From Acidimicrobiia bacterium (GTDB taxonomy: Bacteria; Actinomycetota; Acidimicrobiia; IMCC26256; JAGNEX01), in contig JACJWE010000002.1 of NCBI GenBank assembly GCA_020637365.1, positions 464,776 through 528,775 of the forward strand: a DNA stretch of 64,000 nt, given 5' to 3'. Positions within the stretch are counted from its first letter, which is position 1. Every line of letters starts with the position of its first letter. Positions 50,712-59,191 of this stretch are shown here, in pieces. A program made the position numbers and the translations under genes. The notes beneath the pieces were generated by a model. That model was not told where the DNA came from. It made no database searches and saw only the letters and a program-made list of their open reading frames with translations.

Positions 50712-51374
50712 GTGGTGAGCAGCGCCCGGCCAGATGCGGCAACACCGAACAGGTACCTGCAATTGATAGAACTGCGGGGTGCAGGAAAGCGGAAATGGGT
50801 ACGCAACGTGCTCTTTAGGGGTGTGCTGGCCGCGGCGGCGCTTGTTGGCTGCGTAGAGGGTGACGGCGGCGCCACAGCGCAAACGTCGATCGTGCCTGGC
50901 CGCGCAGCGGAAGCACAAGCCCCCAAACCCGCCAGGGTTTTGCCCCCGTCGGAACCTTCGACATTGTCCATTGACGAAGAAGTCGCGATAGCACGCTTCT
51001 TGGATGCTCACGTCAACGATCCAGACTTCGGCGCACTGTGGATTGATCAGCTTGGAGATCGAAAAGTTGTCCATGTTAGGTACTTAGATGCAGCGTTCAA
51101 AGATGAAGTCGACGACCTGGAGCGCTCGCTGACCGTCGATGTCGTTTCTCATCACGGCGGTGCGAGCGCTGAGTATTTGAACGCACTTGTGGAGCTATTT
51201 CGACGGTCGGGTCAATCGATAGAGTTCAATGTGAACTCGCAGGAAGGTTTCTTGGACGTCTACGAGTCGAGCGCATCTAACCTGCCCGAGGAGATCGCGC
51301 TAGATCCATTTGTGAGGGTCGTACCGGACCCAGTGGAACCACCGATTCGACTCGAACCGAGGTCGGCGAATTAG
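50712..51374 (+). CDS. Lipoprotein, unknown function, lower GC than surroundings
   Basis: ...VLFRGVLAAAALVGC|VEG has a lipobox. The true start may be GTG 50808. A hand count of line 51061 gives 27/60 GC. Confidence 0.5.
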   Translation: MVSSARPDAATPNRYLQLIELRGAGKRKWVRNVLFRGVLAAAALVGCVEGDGGATAQTSIVPGRAAEAQAPKPARVLPPSEPSTLSIDEEVAIARFLDAHVNDPDFGALWIDQLGDRKVVHVRYLDAAFKDEVDDLERSLTVDVVSHHGGASAEYLNALVELFRRSGQSIEFNVNSQEGFLDVYESSASNLPEEIALDPFVRVVPDPVEPPIRLEPRSAN

Positions 51375-51410
51375 ACGGCTTGCTCGGTCCTCCGTGGGGC
51401 GCGTCTTCTG

Positions 51411-51693
51411 TCACCCAACTGAACGCGGGCGACCAGCCAGCGACGAGGACCAGTGAGCTATCTCACCACAGCCCGACGTCGCCTCGGCGACGCCATTGAC
51501 GCTTGTCCCGACATCCGGATACACGATCCAGCCGTCGTGATCCTCGAGGCCCCGCCGCACGCACGACACGATGACCCCGTCAGTCCCCATCGGATCGCAG
51601 CCTGGACATGTTGGGCCAGGCCCACCCGTCCCGCAGCGGCATGAGCGGGCCACGCACGAGGGCGTCGATCGGGCGCTCAAATCGACGAGTCAT
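51411..51693 (-). pseudogene. Unknown ORF translationally coupled (ATGA) to the RHH gene; stops after 37 codons and continues in another frame
   Basis: Own translation: ATG 51693 gives MTRRFERPIDALVRGPLMPLRDGWAWPNMSRLRSDGD*. ORF-track frame 51411-51680 continues ...GTDGVIVSCVRRGLEDHDGWIVYPDVG... No family recognised. Confidence 0.3.
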
Positions 51694-51962
51694 GCGACGT
51701 TCAGAAACTCGCGGAGCGCTTGCCGGATAATTGCACTTGTGGTCGTGCGGTCCGCGTCAGCGCGCTCTTCAATCGCTGCCAGCAGCTCTGGATCGATCCG
51801 GACAGGGACAACGCTGGCGGGCGCTGACCCCATGGCGGGCCTGCCTCGGCCGCGGCTCTTCAGCTGCTCGATATCGTAATCGGCAGATTCGACCTGCTCC
51901 GCGAGCCCGTCAAGGTCGGCTTCGGTCAGGGTTCGCCCGGACTTCGTCGAATAGCTGGGCAT
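51690..51962 (-). CDS. Ribbon-helix-helix (CopG/MetJ-type) antitoxin-like protein
   Basis: 90 aa: ...SGRTLTEADLDGLAEQVESADYDIEQLK...PASVVPVRIDPELLAAIEERADADRTTTSAIIRQALREFL. The RHH fold pattern is at the C-terminus. Confidence 0.7.
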   Translation of the reverse strand: MPSYSTKSGRTLTEADLDGLAEQVESADYDIEQLKSRGRGRPAMGSAPASVVPVRIDPELLAAIEERADADRTTTSAIIRQALREFLNVA

Positions 51963-52346
51963 TGCCTGAACTCGTTTCTAGCTGGAAGCAGCTCGCATCC
52001 CTATCACAGTTGCGCTTGAACGCAGATCGATGAAACTGTGCCTCCCTATCGTAGTACGAAATTTGCTCCATGTTCTCTGCAACCGTCGGGTCCGTTCGAG
52101 GCAGTCACTCAAACAGCTTGGCTCGTCTGCTTGAGATGCGTTCCTGCTCGTCACGAAGCGATCGCCCGCCCATCTGACAATGAAGACCCTGGAGCTCGGC
52201 AAGCGGGACCGCTCACAACTACAGGCACGCGTTGAGCATCGGGCCTTCGGGCATGTTTGCGCCGATGCAATACCCTGTCCGTGTCAACAGCTGCACCAGC
52301 GCCCGGGTCCGCCACCGGCGAATCTGATCCCCACAGGAGCGATCGA

Positions 52347-52811
52347 ATGCCACCCCGCCGCAATCTCTCTCGAACGGCAATTCTGAGCTTGCTTTATTTG
52401 GTTCTCACGCTGGTGTCCGTAGCAGCGTGCGGAATCGGGAACGGTCCTTACCCAACCGAAGCCTCCATCAACCTCGGAAAGAACGGCGAGCTCTGGATCC
52501 CCGCCTCCGCTGACGCGCCTGAAGTCGTAACGAACCTCCCCGCTGATGTCCCCTACCCCCTGCCGGACGGCGCTCAGCACGTCGGAGACTGGTACGAAAT
52601 CGAGTTTCTTTTCGGTGAACCAGTCGTTCCGTTGACCCTCTCCATCGACACGTCGTCGCTCAGCGACGCCGACCGAGAGCGCGCCTTCCTGGCGATGTGG
52701 GATTCCGACGAAGCTGACTGGGTCATCGACGGATCCGCGACGAGGAGCGGCAACCAGTTGGCGGGATCGGTCACCCGAGGCGGGGTATACGGCCTCTTCA
52801 TCAGCGAATAG
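52347..52811 (+). CDS. Lipoprotein, unknown function
   Basis: AGGAG lies upstream of ATG 52347. MPPRRNLSRTAILSLLYLVLTLVSVAAC|GIG has a lipobox. Confidence 0.6.
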   Translation: MPPRRNLSRTAILSLLYLVLTLVSVAACGIGNGPYPTEASINLGKNGELWIPASADAPEVVTNLPADVPYPLPDGAQHVGDWYEIEFLFGEPVVPLTLSIDTSSLSDADRERAFLAMWDSDEADWVIDGSATRSGNQLAGSVTRGGVYGLFISE

Positions 52812-52821
52812 TCGCAGCGGA

Positions 52822-53476
52822 TTGTTGCGCGGGCAGTTCCCGGCACAGTCGGCCGCTCGCGACGCGGGATTCGAGCTTTCCTGTGATCCGCGAGTTGGCG
52901 AGTTGCTCTCGGTGCTCTCCGCTGCAGTGCGTCACAGCGGTTCCATCCTTGAACTCGGGACGGGCACCGGGGTAGGCCTCGCTTGGATCGTGGCCCGGTT
53001 GGGAGACCGAACCCGACGTGTCAGTCACCTCGGTTGACATTGTACCGCAGCTGGTTCGCGTCGCCGTCTCGCTTGACCTGGCGGACTACGTCGAAGTCCT
53101 GGTGGCCGATGGCGTCGATCTGCTCAGCGAAGAGAGCCGTTGGAGTTTGATCTTCGCGGATGCACCCGCTGGCAAGTGGGACGGCCTCGACTCGACCATC
53201 GCTGCCCTCGAACCCGGCGGAAACTCGCTGGTCGACGACATGACTCCGCCAGAGTTCGTCAGCGATCTGCACCGCAACAAAACGATCGAGGTCCGCGAAA
53301 CCCTTCTGTCCGATGCTCGCTTGCGATCCGTCGAAATCGACTGGGCAAGCGGCCTCATCATCTGCGCCCGCACTGGTTGCGGATCATGGCGTCTGCCGCA
53401 CGGGTCTCGTGGCTCTCGACTCGCATGTTGCGTTCGACGAGACGGTGACTCACTCGCCCGGCATCGAGCCGAGTGA
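52822..53476 (+). pseudogene. Class I SAM-dependent O-methyltransferase-like protein, apparent frame shift near 52995-53012
   Basis: Piece 52822-53037 reads ...SILELGTGTGVGLAWIVARLG (motif I). Piece 53018-53476 reads VTSVDIVPQLV...LIFADAPAGKWDGL...LEPGGNSLVDDM... Confidence 0.6.
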
Positions 53477-53664
53477 ACTGCGGTTCGTCGGCCAGGGTCT
53501 GGGCAACCGATCCTTCGGCCCAAGCGGTTACGGTTCTTCAATCGCCGAGGACGCGACCGTGTTCCTCATGACACTGTCAGACACCGAGGAAATCTATCCG
53601 TCGTGCTTCCGTCCAGATGCCTTGAGGAGCCGACGGTGTCACACCGGCGCGCGATGATGGCTGT

Positions 53665-54213
53665 ATGAATCCCGGCTATGACGAACACAAGTTGGCAGAA
53701 CTCCTTCTGTATGTCGCCAAGCAGTTGGTGAACGATCCTTGGGGCGGGGCGACCAAAGTCAACAAGGTCCTTTTCTTTGCCGATTTCGCTCACATGCAGC
53801 GTACGGGTCAGCCCATCACGGGCGCCGTCTATCAAAAACTGCAACATGGCCCAGCCCCTCGGCGACTCCTTCCAGTGCGCGACGCGCTAGTCGCTGATGG
53901 TTCGGCCGCCGTCCAGAACGAAGACCGAGGCGACAAGCAACAACACCGACTTGTTGCCTTGCGCGACGCCGATCTCACGCCTTTCAGCGCCGAAGAACTT
54001 CAGACCGTTGACAGCGTCATCTCTGAGCTGCGCGGGCAGAATGCATCCCAGGTCAGTGAGCTTTCGCACCAACATATTGGTTGGCGTTTGACCGAGATGA
54101 ACGAGGACATCCCCTACGCGGCTGCATTGGCGCAGGCCCCGCAGGTGGCCACCCCGACATCTCGCCGCCTCGAGCGAAAGGTTGCCGAACGCTTCGGATT
54201 CATCGCGTCGTGA
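53665..54213 (+). CDS. Panacea-domain (DUF4065, SocA/PanA-like) putative antitoxin
   Basis: LAELLLYVAKQLVNDPWGGATKVNKVLFFADFAHMQRTGQPITGAVYQKLQHGPAPRRL matches the Panacea/DUF4065 core pattern (KL.KLLYfa...g.pl....y....GPv), from memory. Confidence 0.65.
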   Translation: MNPGYDEHKLAELLLYVAKQLVNDPWGGATKVNKVLFFADFAHMQRTGQPITGAVYQKLQHGPAPRRLLPVRDALVADGSAAVQNEDRGDKQQHRLVALRDADLTPFSAEELQTVDSVISELRGQNASQVSELSHQHIGWRLTEMNEDIPYAAALAQAPQVATPTSRRLERKVAERFGFIAS

Positions 54214-54452
54214 ACAGAAGAGACCACATCAGCAGGTATCTCGACGCCGTGCGCGCAGGTGGAGACGTGACGGTCACAGATCACGGCAAAGCAATCGCCC
54301 GCATCATCCCTCTCGATCAGCCGCGCGTCCTCGATCGTCTCATTGCCGAAGGCCTCGTTACCCCAGCGCGGATACCGAAGCGCGACCGGTCTGGGCGGGG
54401 GATTGCCGCAGGCGGAACGGTGAGCGACCTCGTCGCCGGCCAACGCCAGTGA
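54210..54452 (+). CDS. Phd/YefM-type antitoxin (VapB-like)
   Basis: GTG 54210 overlaps the Panacea stop (GTGA). Sequence: VNRRDHISRYLDAVRAGGDVTVTDHGKAIARIIPLDQP...LIAEGLVTPA... Confidence 0.65.
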   Translation: MNRRDHISRYLDAVRAGGDVTVTDHGKAIARIIPLDQPRVLDRLIAEGLVTPARIPKRDRSGRGIAAGGTVSDLVAGQRQ

Positions 54453-54679
54453 TCGCCTACTTCTATTCCTCCGGCGTCATTCCCCTGATCATCGACGAAC
54501 CGACGACTCCTACCTGCCAACAGGACGTGGAATACAGCGACAGCGACAGCGACAGCGACACTCTCCACGACCAAACCGCTAACTGGGACTTCCGCGACTC
54601 TGAGCGACTTCGCGCCGAAAGCGCAAGCCCATCTGCATGGGAGTTGCTGTCATTTGGAATACTGCTCGTATGCATCTGA
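54449..54679 (+). pseudogene. Decayed VapC/PIN toxin remnant
   Basis: GTG 54449 overlaps the Phd-like stop (GTGA). VIAYFYSSGVIPLIIDEP resembles a VapC N-terminus, but Tyr replaces the first catalytic Asp. The rest is unrelated (YSDSDSDSD...) and the ORF ends after 76 aa. Confidence 0.5.
54535..54558. repeat. (CAGCGA)x4 hexanucleotide microsatellite
   Basis: Read directly from the sequence. It encodes the SDSDSDSD run inside the VapC remnant. Confidence 0.9.
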
Positions 54680-55359
54680 CCGAACAGGAGCTCACCATTG
54701 AAGATCGCGCCCTCGTGATTCGTGCGTTGAACTCGCCCCGCGGCAGATACGGCGTCGAACGAGCCCACCAACTGTCCGGCATACCGGCTCGCACACTCCA
54801 AGACTGGGCAAAATCTGGCGTGCTTCGACCCGATTGGTTCAACGCAACACCGCGCGGGTGGTCCTATCGCGACATCGTGTACGCACGTCTTCTCGCCTGG
54901 CTGCGAAGCAAACACATGGACCGTTCTACAGCCGCAACGAGAGTTCAACACCTCCGCGAGCTGGTAACCACCTCGCAGATCGACCCTGCCGCGCACAGCG
55001 ACGGAAGCATCTTCCTCATAGGAGACGAACGCACCGACCGTTTTACCGGTCAGCAGGTCTTCGACGAGCTCGCATCGGTCCTCGATGTCTTTGAACTCAC
55101 CAAACCCGTCGAAGGCGTGTCCAGCCGCGAGATCTGGGGGCCAAGTCTGGTTCGCCCGTCGGAACACACCTATATCTCACCGTGGGTCCTCGCGGGCGAG
55201 CCATGCATCGCGCATTCCCGCGTGCCCAGCGCCACCATCCACGCATTGAGTGTTGAGCGAGGGCTCGATACGATCGCCATCCAACGCCTCTACCCCGAAT
55301 TGCCTATCGTTGCCATTGACGACGCGTTCCAGTTCGAACAGCGGTTGAGAGCCGCGTAG
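54670..55359 (+). CDS. VapB45-like antitoxin: N-terminal MerR-like HTH + C-terminal DUF433
   Basis: YGVERAHQLSGIPARTLQDWAKSGVLRP...WSYRDIVYARLLAWL is the HTH. ...ISPWVLAGEPCIAHSRVPSATIHAL..GLDTIAIQRLYPELPIVAIDDAFQF follows the DUF433 pattern. Confidence 0.7.
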   Translation: MHLTEQELTIEDRALVIRALNSPRGRYGVERAHQLSGIPARTLQDWAKSGVLRPDWFNATPRGWSYRDIVYARLLAWLRSKHMDRSTAATRVQHLRELVTTSQIDPAAHSDGSIFLIGDERTDRFTGQQVFDELASVLDVFELTKPVEGVSSREIWGPSLVRPSEHTYISPWVLAGEPCIAHSRVPSATIHALSVERGLDTIAIQRLYPELPIVAIDDAFQFEQRLRAA

Positions 55360-55364
55360 CCACC

Positions 55365-55907
55365 GTGCGCCTCCTGCTTGATGAAGGGTTCCCCTCACCT
55401 CCAGGCTTCGAGCTTGCAACGGTGGACGCCACAGTCGAGGCGACAACACTTCAGTCGTTCGACCCAGATCTGGCGGGCTCATCGACGCCCGACTGGTACC
55501 TCTACCTCCGTGCCCATGAAGCTGGATTTGACGCTCTGGTCACCCGGGACTGGCATCAGTCCGAGCAGGTCGAGGAGATGTGGGCCCTTTCGCACACCCA
55601 ACTCTCAATCGTCACCTGGCGGAGGGGCGTCAACGACCCAGTGCGCCTTTGGGGACAGATGCTGGCGTACCTCCCAGAGATCCGTCGAATGATTCGAGAG
55701 CATGGTCCATCAATCGTGCTCTTGCCCGCCGTTCAACTCTCGAAGAGCAACCTGGAGAAGGCCTCGGGCAGGCTCGGAATCGTGGCGAATGACCTGGGCA
55801 TCTCGACTCAAGAAGTGAGGGACGAGGGGCAACGACTGGTCACTGAACAGTTGGAGTCCAGGGGCGAACTTCATCGATTTGGGGACGTACTCAAGCGTCT
55901 CCGCTGA
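55365..55907 (+). CDS. PIN-like DUF5615 family protein (putative toxin partner of the DUF433 protein) with ~70-aa C-terminal extension
   Basis: GTG 55365 lies 5 nt after the DUF433 stop. MRLLLDEGFP...DWYLYLRAHEAGFDALVTRDWH... resembles the DUF5615 N-terminus (from memory). Confidence 0.55.
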   Translation: MRLLLDEGFPSPPGFELATVDATVEATTLQSFDPDLAGSSTPDWYLYLRAHEAGFDALVTRDWHQSEQVEEMWALSHTQLSIVTWRRGVNDPVRLWGQMLAYLPEIRRMIREHGPSIVLLPAVQLSKSNLEKASGRLGIVANDLGISTQEVRDEGQRLVTEQLESRGELHRFGDVLKRLR

Positions 55908-56113
55908 CAAGGCTCGGGAACCGCAGCGAGCGTTGTCACCGAGTCTTTCGCCTCGCCTTACCGTGTTGGTGGGCCGTGAGGGATACTTGCAGTTGACTGT
56001 CCGTCACTCATTTTCGCCACTTTACCTGGCTACCCATGTCGTCTAAGCGCTCTACTGTCGACACGCTCGCGGCGTTCGCCATCCAGCGATGTGGCCGCTC
56101 GCTTGGGAAAGTC

Positions 56114-57256
56114 CTAACGCAGCGTGTCCTTTGCGGCCCGGGCGATGGCCGCTGCCAGCCGGGTAGGGACGGCGTTGCCAATCTGGCGGGCGATGTCGGT
56201 CTTGTTGCCGCACCACAGAAAATCCTCAGGGAAGGTCTGCAGCAGTGCCGCCTCACGGTGGGTAATCACTCGGTTCACCCTGTGCTCGGGTCGGTCCCGG
56301 TCCCACTGCGGATGCAGATATTGGCCCTTTTCTGGCTTGAAGAACTCAGTCCGGATCGTCAGGCTCGGCGCTTCCCACCGCATTCGACCCATCACATCGG
56401 TCGTACCCGTCGGCTTTTCGGCCCAGCACCTCGGCAACAAATGTGGTGGCAAGTCGAAGCGCCCTCCACCAGGCGGTACGTGGTCATACCGTTCGAGCGA
56501 ACGCTGCGTTGGGCGCCGACCCAAATGCAGCTCGTTGGACTTGAACACACCCGGCACCCGTTCGCCGAAGAACTGATCTCGTGAGTCAGGCAGGTCAACA
56601 CCGATCGGATTGAATGGAACACCGCTCAGCGCCTCACGAACGGTCGCCCATGGCAACCGGTCGTCCGCGGCATCCCTGGAGTGCGTGGGCTTAGGCAACG
56701 CGACCGGACCTACCCGCGACGCGACCAGAATGGTGCGTTGGCGCCGCTGAGGTACCCCATAGTCAGCCGCATTCAGCACAGCGTGATCGAAATGTTTCCA
56801 GCGCCGTAACGAACCCGTGGTCAGCTCTTCCCTCAATAGGGCGAACTCGGCGCTCTTTGCGAAGCGGTCGACATTTTCGACGACGAAGACCTGCGGCTCC
56901 GCGGCCAAGACAACCCGGAGGTATTCCTTCCACAGTTTGTTGCGCGGGTCGTTGGGGTCTTTGCTCCCAAGATTCGAAAAGCCCTGACAGGGTGGGCCGC
57001 CGATCACAACATCGACCTGAGGAATCGCACCGTCTGCGATGTCGGCAATATCGCAATGACGCGTGTGAGCCTCACCAAAATTGGCTGCGTAGGTCGCTGC
57101 CGCAGGCAAATCCCACTCGACTGACAGTCTTGGCTCGAAACCTTCGGCCACGAAACCGGCGGTCATGCCGCCGCAACCAGCGAACAGGTCGATCAAGGTA
57201 TGGCTGGATCCCAACACCGTGCTAGTCGTTTGTGGTCCTCGATCAGCTTTCGGCAT
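56114..57256 (-). CDS. DNA (cytosine-5)-methyltransferase
   Basis: Motif I LIDLFAGCGGMTAGF, motif IV VIGGPPCQGFS, motif VI VVENV, motif VIII QRRQRTILVA, motif X QIGNAVP. Confidence 0.95.
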   Translation of the reverse strand: MPKADRGPQTTSTVLGSSHTLIDLFAGCGGMTAGFVAEGFEPRLSVEWDLPAAATYAANFGEAHTRHCDIADIADGAIPQVDVVIGGPPCQGFSNLGSKDPNDPRNKLWKEYLRVVLAAEPQVFVVENVDRFAKSAEFALLREELTTGSLRRWKHFDHAVLNAADYGVPQRRQRTILVASRVGPVALPKPTHSRDAADDRLPWATVREALSGVPFNPIGVDLPDSRDQFFGERVPGVFKSNELHLGRRPTQRSLERYDHVPPGGGRFDLPPHLLPRCWAEKPTGTTDVMGRMRWEAPSLTIRTEFFKPEKGQYLHPQWDRDRPEHRVNRVITHREAALLQTFPEDFLWCGNKTDIARQIGNAVPTRLAAAIARAAKDTLR

Positions 57257-57340
57257 GGGTCAAGTTCTCACTCCTGCGGGACGTCCGACCCCACAATCGA
57301 AAACTCGACAGCGTGGTCTGAGCCGTATTCTTGCATCCGC

Positions 57341-58249
57341 CTACGACAGTCCCGCGGACGCACCGGCGAACACCGGCCGCACCCAACGATCGTCGATGCA
57401 CATTGCACGGCGGTCACTCTCGGCCGCTGCCTCCACGGACACGCTGATCCATTCACCCTTCTTGGGGACGGGTAAACCCCAACGTCGCGCCGCCACCGGA
57501 TGGTCACCCTGGTGTCCGAGGATCAGCAGGTCGTACTGGGCAAGGTGTTTGCGAGCGTCTCGGACCCGCTTCGGACCGTCGTCCTGTTTGGCAACGGTCA
57601 ACACAACCTCTCGACGAATAATCCGTTCTTGCACCCGGCGGAACAGCTCATTGATACGACGCTGGCCACTTAATTGCGGGTCTAACACGGCGCGTAACGT
57701 CGCATCTTCGAGGTGAAGCAGCAGGTTCTCTGGCAGGGTGGCGTTCTGTGCCAACCAGGTCATGTCGGTAAGTCCTTCTGGAGACAGACGTCGCTTAGAA
57801 TCTTTGTTCCTCGACGCTGTCATTCGACCGAGTTCAGCCCGGATCAGACCGACCGAGAACCTGCTTCGCTGGTCGTCTGCGGTCAGGCACAGGCAGAGCT
57901 CGCCCATCGCCTCGGTCGGAAACATCCACCCACCTGACCGAATCGACCACTTGGCATCCACCTCATTCCCGGCGATGTGGTAGTCCATCCCCTGACCCCG
58001 CTGCAGGCCGAATTCGTGCTGGACCAGGATTTCGACCTTGGTTCCGATGTACGTTTTTTCCACTTTGGACAGCTGGTCCAGGCTGAAACGCCCGGTGCGT
58101 TGGCCGTCGAAGACCTCGTCGAAGCTCTGGCGAATCGCATTACCAAACCGCCCCACCATGTCGTGCTGCCCAGCCAACCAGGCAGCGACGTCGACAAGAG
58201 CGTCATCAGGGCGTTCCGACGAATCTTTAGACACCAGCAATCCGTTCAT
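57341..58249 (-). CDS. NaeI-family type II restriction endonuclease
   Basis: 302 aa. DGQRTGRFSLDQLSKVEKTYIGTKVEI, PD-(D/E)xK core DYHIAGNEVDAKW (D-x8-D-x-K), NELFRRV, AKQDDGPKRVR, ILGHQGD and WGLPVPKKG match my recollection of NaeI. Sits immediately upstream of the m5C methyltransferase. Confidence 0.7.
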   Translation of the reverse strand: MNGLLVSKDSSERPDDALVDVAAWLAGQHDMVGRFGNAIRQSFDEVFDGQRTGRFSLDQLSKVEKTYIGTKVEILVQHEFGLQRGQGMDYHIAGNEVDAKWSIRSGGWMFPTEAMGELCLCLTADDQRSRFSVGLIRAELGRMTASRNKDSKRRLSPEGLTDMTWLAQNATLPENLLLHLEDATLRAVLDPQLSGQRRINELFRRVQERIIRREVVLTVAKQDDGPKRVRDARKHLAQYDLLILGHQGDHPVAARRWGLPVPKKGEWISVSVEAAAESDRRAMCIDDRWVRPVFAGASAGLS

Positions 58250-58494
58250 CCTCGATCGATTCTTGTTTATTCTGTTCGCTTGATTCCCCCGATGTCGCGG
58301 CCGACGCGAGCACCTTGATCAAGGTCTCATGGTTCGCCCGTTGAAACCGCTCGCCGGACATTGCTGTGCTGGATCGCCTCGTATCGCCAGTAGATCAACA
58401 GACGGGTGTCTTTGTTCGTGAGGCCGTCAGTCCTTGATCGACGTCGCTGAGGTTGCGGCCGGGGACCTGCGGCGGCTATCGGGGATGTCCATGG

Positions 58495-59022
58495 CTAGAT
58501 GATCAGGTCCATCAGAAGGCCGTCGTTCCACGTGCCGTCCGACTGGCGTTCGTAGGCGCGCATGACGCCGACGGGTTCGAAGCCAACCCTGCGATAGCAG
58601 GCGATCGCCGCGGCGTTATCGACCGATGGATCGATCGTGACTCGATGGTGACCTTGGGTACCGAGATAGGCGATCACCGTTCGAAGCGCATCGGTCCCGT
58701 AGCCCTGACGATGATGGGCCGGATCGACCAGGATGTCGATCGAAGCGTGGCGGTACTCGGGGTCGGGTTCTTCGGAGACCTGCACCAAACCAACGACGGC
58801 ACCGTCGGGTGCTTCGATCACGAACTGCATCAGCCCCTCGGCGAGGGACTCGTCGAAATCAGCGCCCAGATCGACGCCGCGCCACCATCGCGCAACCTCG
58901 GGCGTCTGCCTCATCTCGACGACCCGTTCCCGGTCTGCCGCCACGACAGGCCGCAACCTCACCGTTTGCCCAACCAACTCCTCGTTCATCACCTCGTCCA
59001 CCTCGCCCATAGGACAGACCAT
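58495..59022 (-). CDS. GNAT-family N-acetyltransferase
   Basis: 175 aa. VRLRPVVAADRERVVEMRQTPEVARWW..., then HHRQGYGTDALRTVIAYL (acetyl-CoA binding Q/RxxGxG/A region). Confidence 0.75.
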   Translation of the reverse strand: MVCPMGEVDEVMNEELVGQTVRLRPVVAADRERVVEMRQTPEVARWWRGVDLGADFDESLAEGLMQFVIEAPDGAVVGLVQVSEEPDPEYRHASIDILVDPAHHRQGYGTDALRTVIAYLGTQGHHRVTIDPSVDNAAAIACYRRVGFEPVGVMRAYERQSDGTWNDGLLMDLII

Positions 59023-59191
59023 GCTTGGCGTACCCGCCGTACCTCGCTCAACGAGGTGCGTTTCGACCGATGCGAGGCAACCTGCTTGCGAGCATGTTCC
59101 GATGATGTCACGGGCGTGGTGGCAACCAGTGTTGTCAGCGAGCCCTTCACCCTCCCGACGAAATCGCCAACCTGAGGTGAACAGGGGACGC

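Noticed and set aside
53313-53657. 114-aa ORF upstream of the Panacea gene as its missing toxin
   Set aside because: It overlaps the 3' end of the O-methyltransferase in another frame, is Ser/Gly/Arg-rich without motifs, and has no ribosome-binding site. The short ORF that overlaps the Panacea ATG (..RRAMMAV*) is also Arg-rich nonsense.
54463-55167. 234-aa minus-strand ORF
   Set aside because: Antisense to the VapB45-like gene and the VapC remnant. It includes the reverse translation of the hexanucleotide repeat (SLSLSLSL) and has no motifs.
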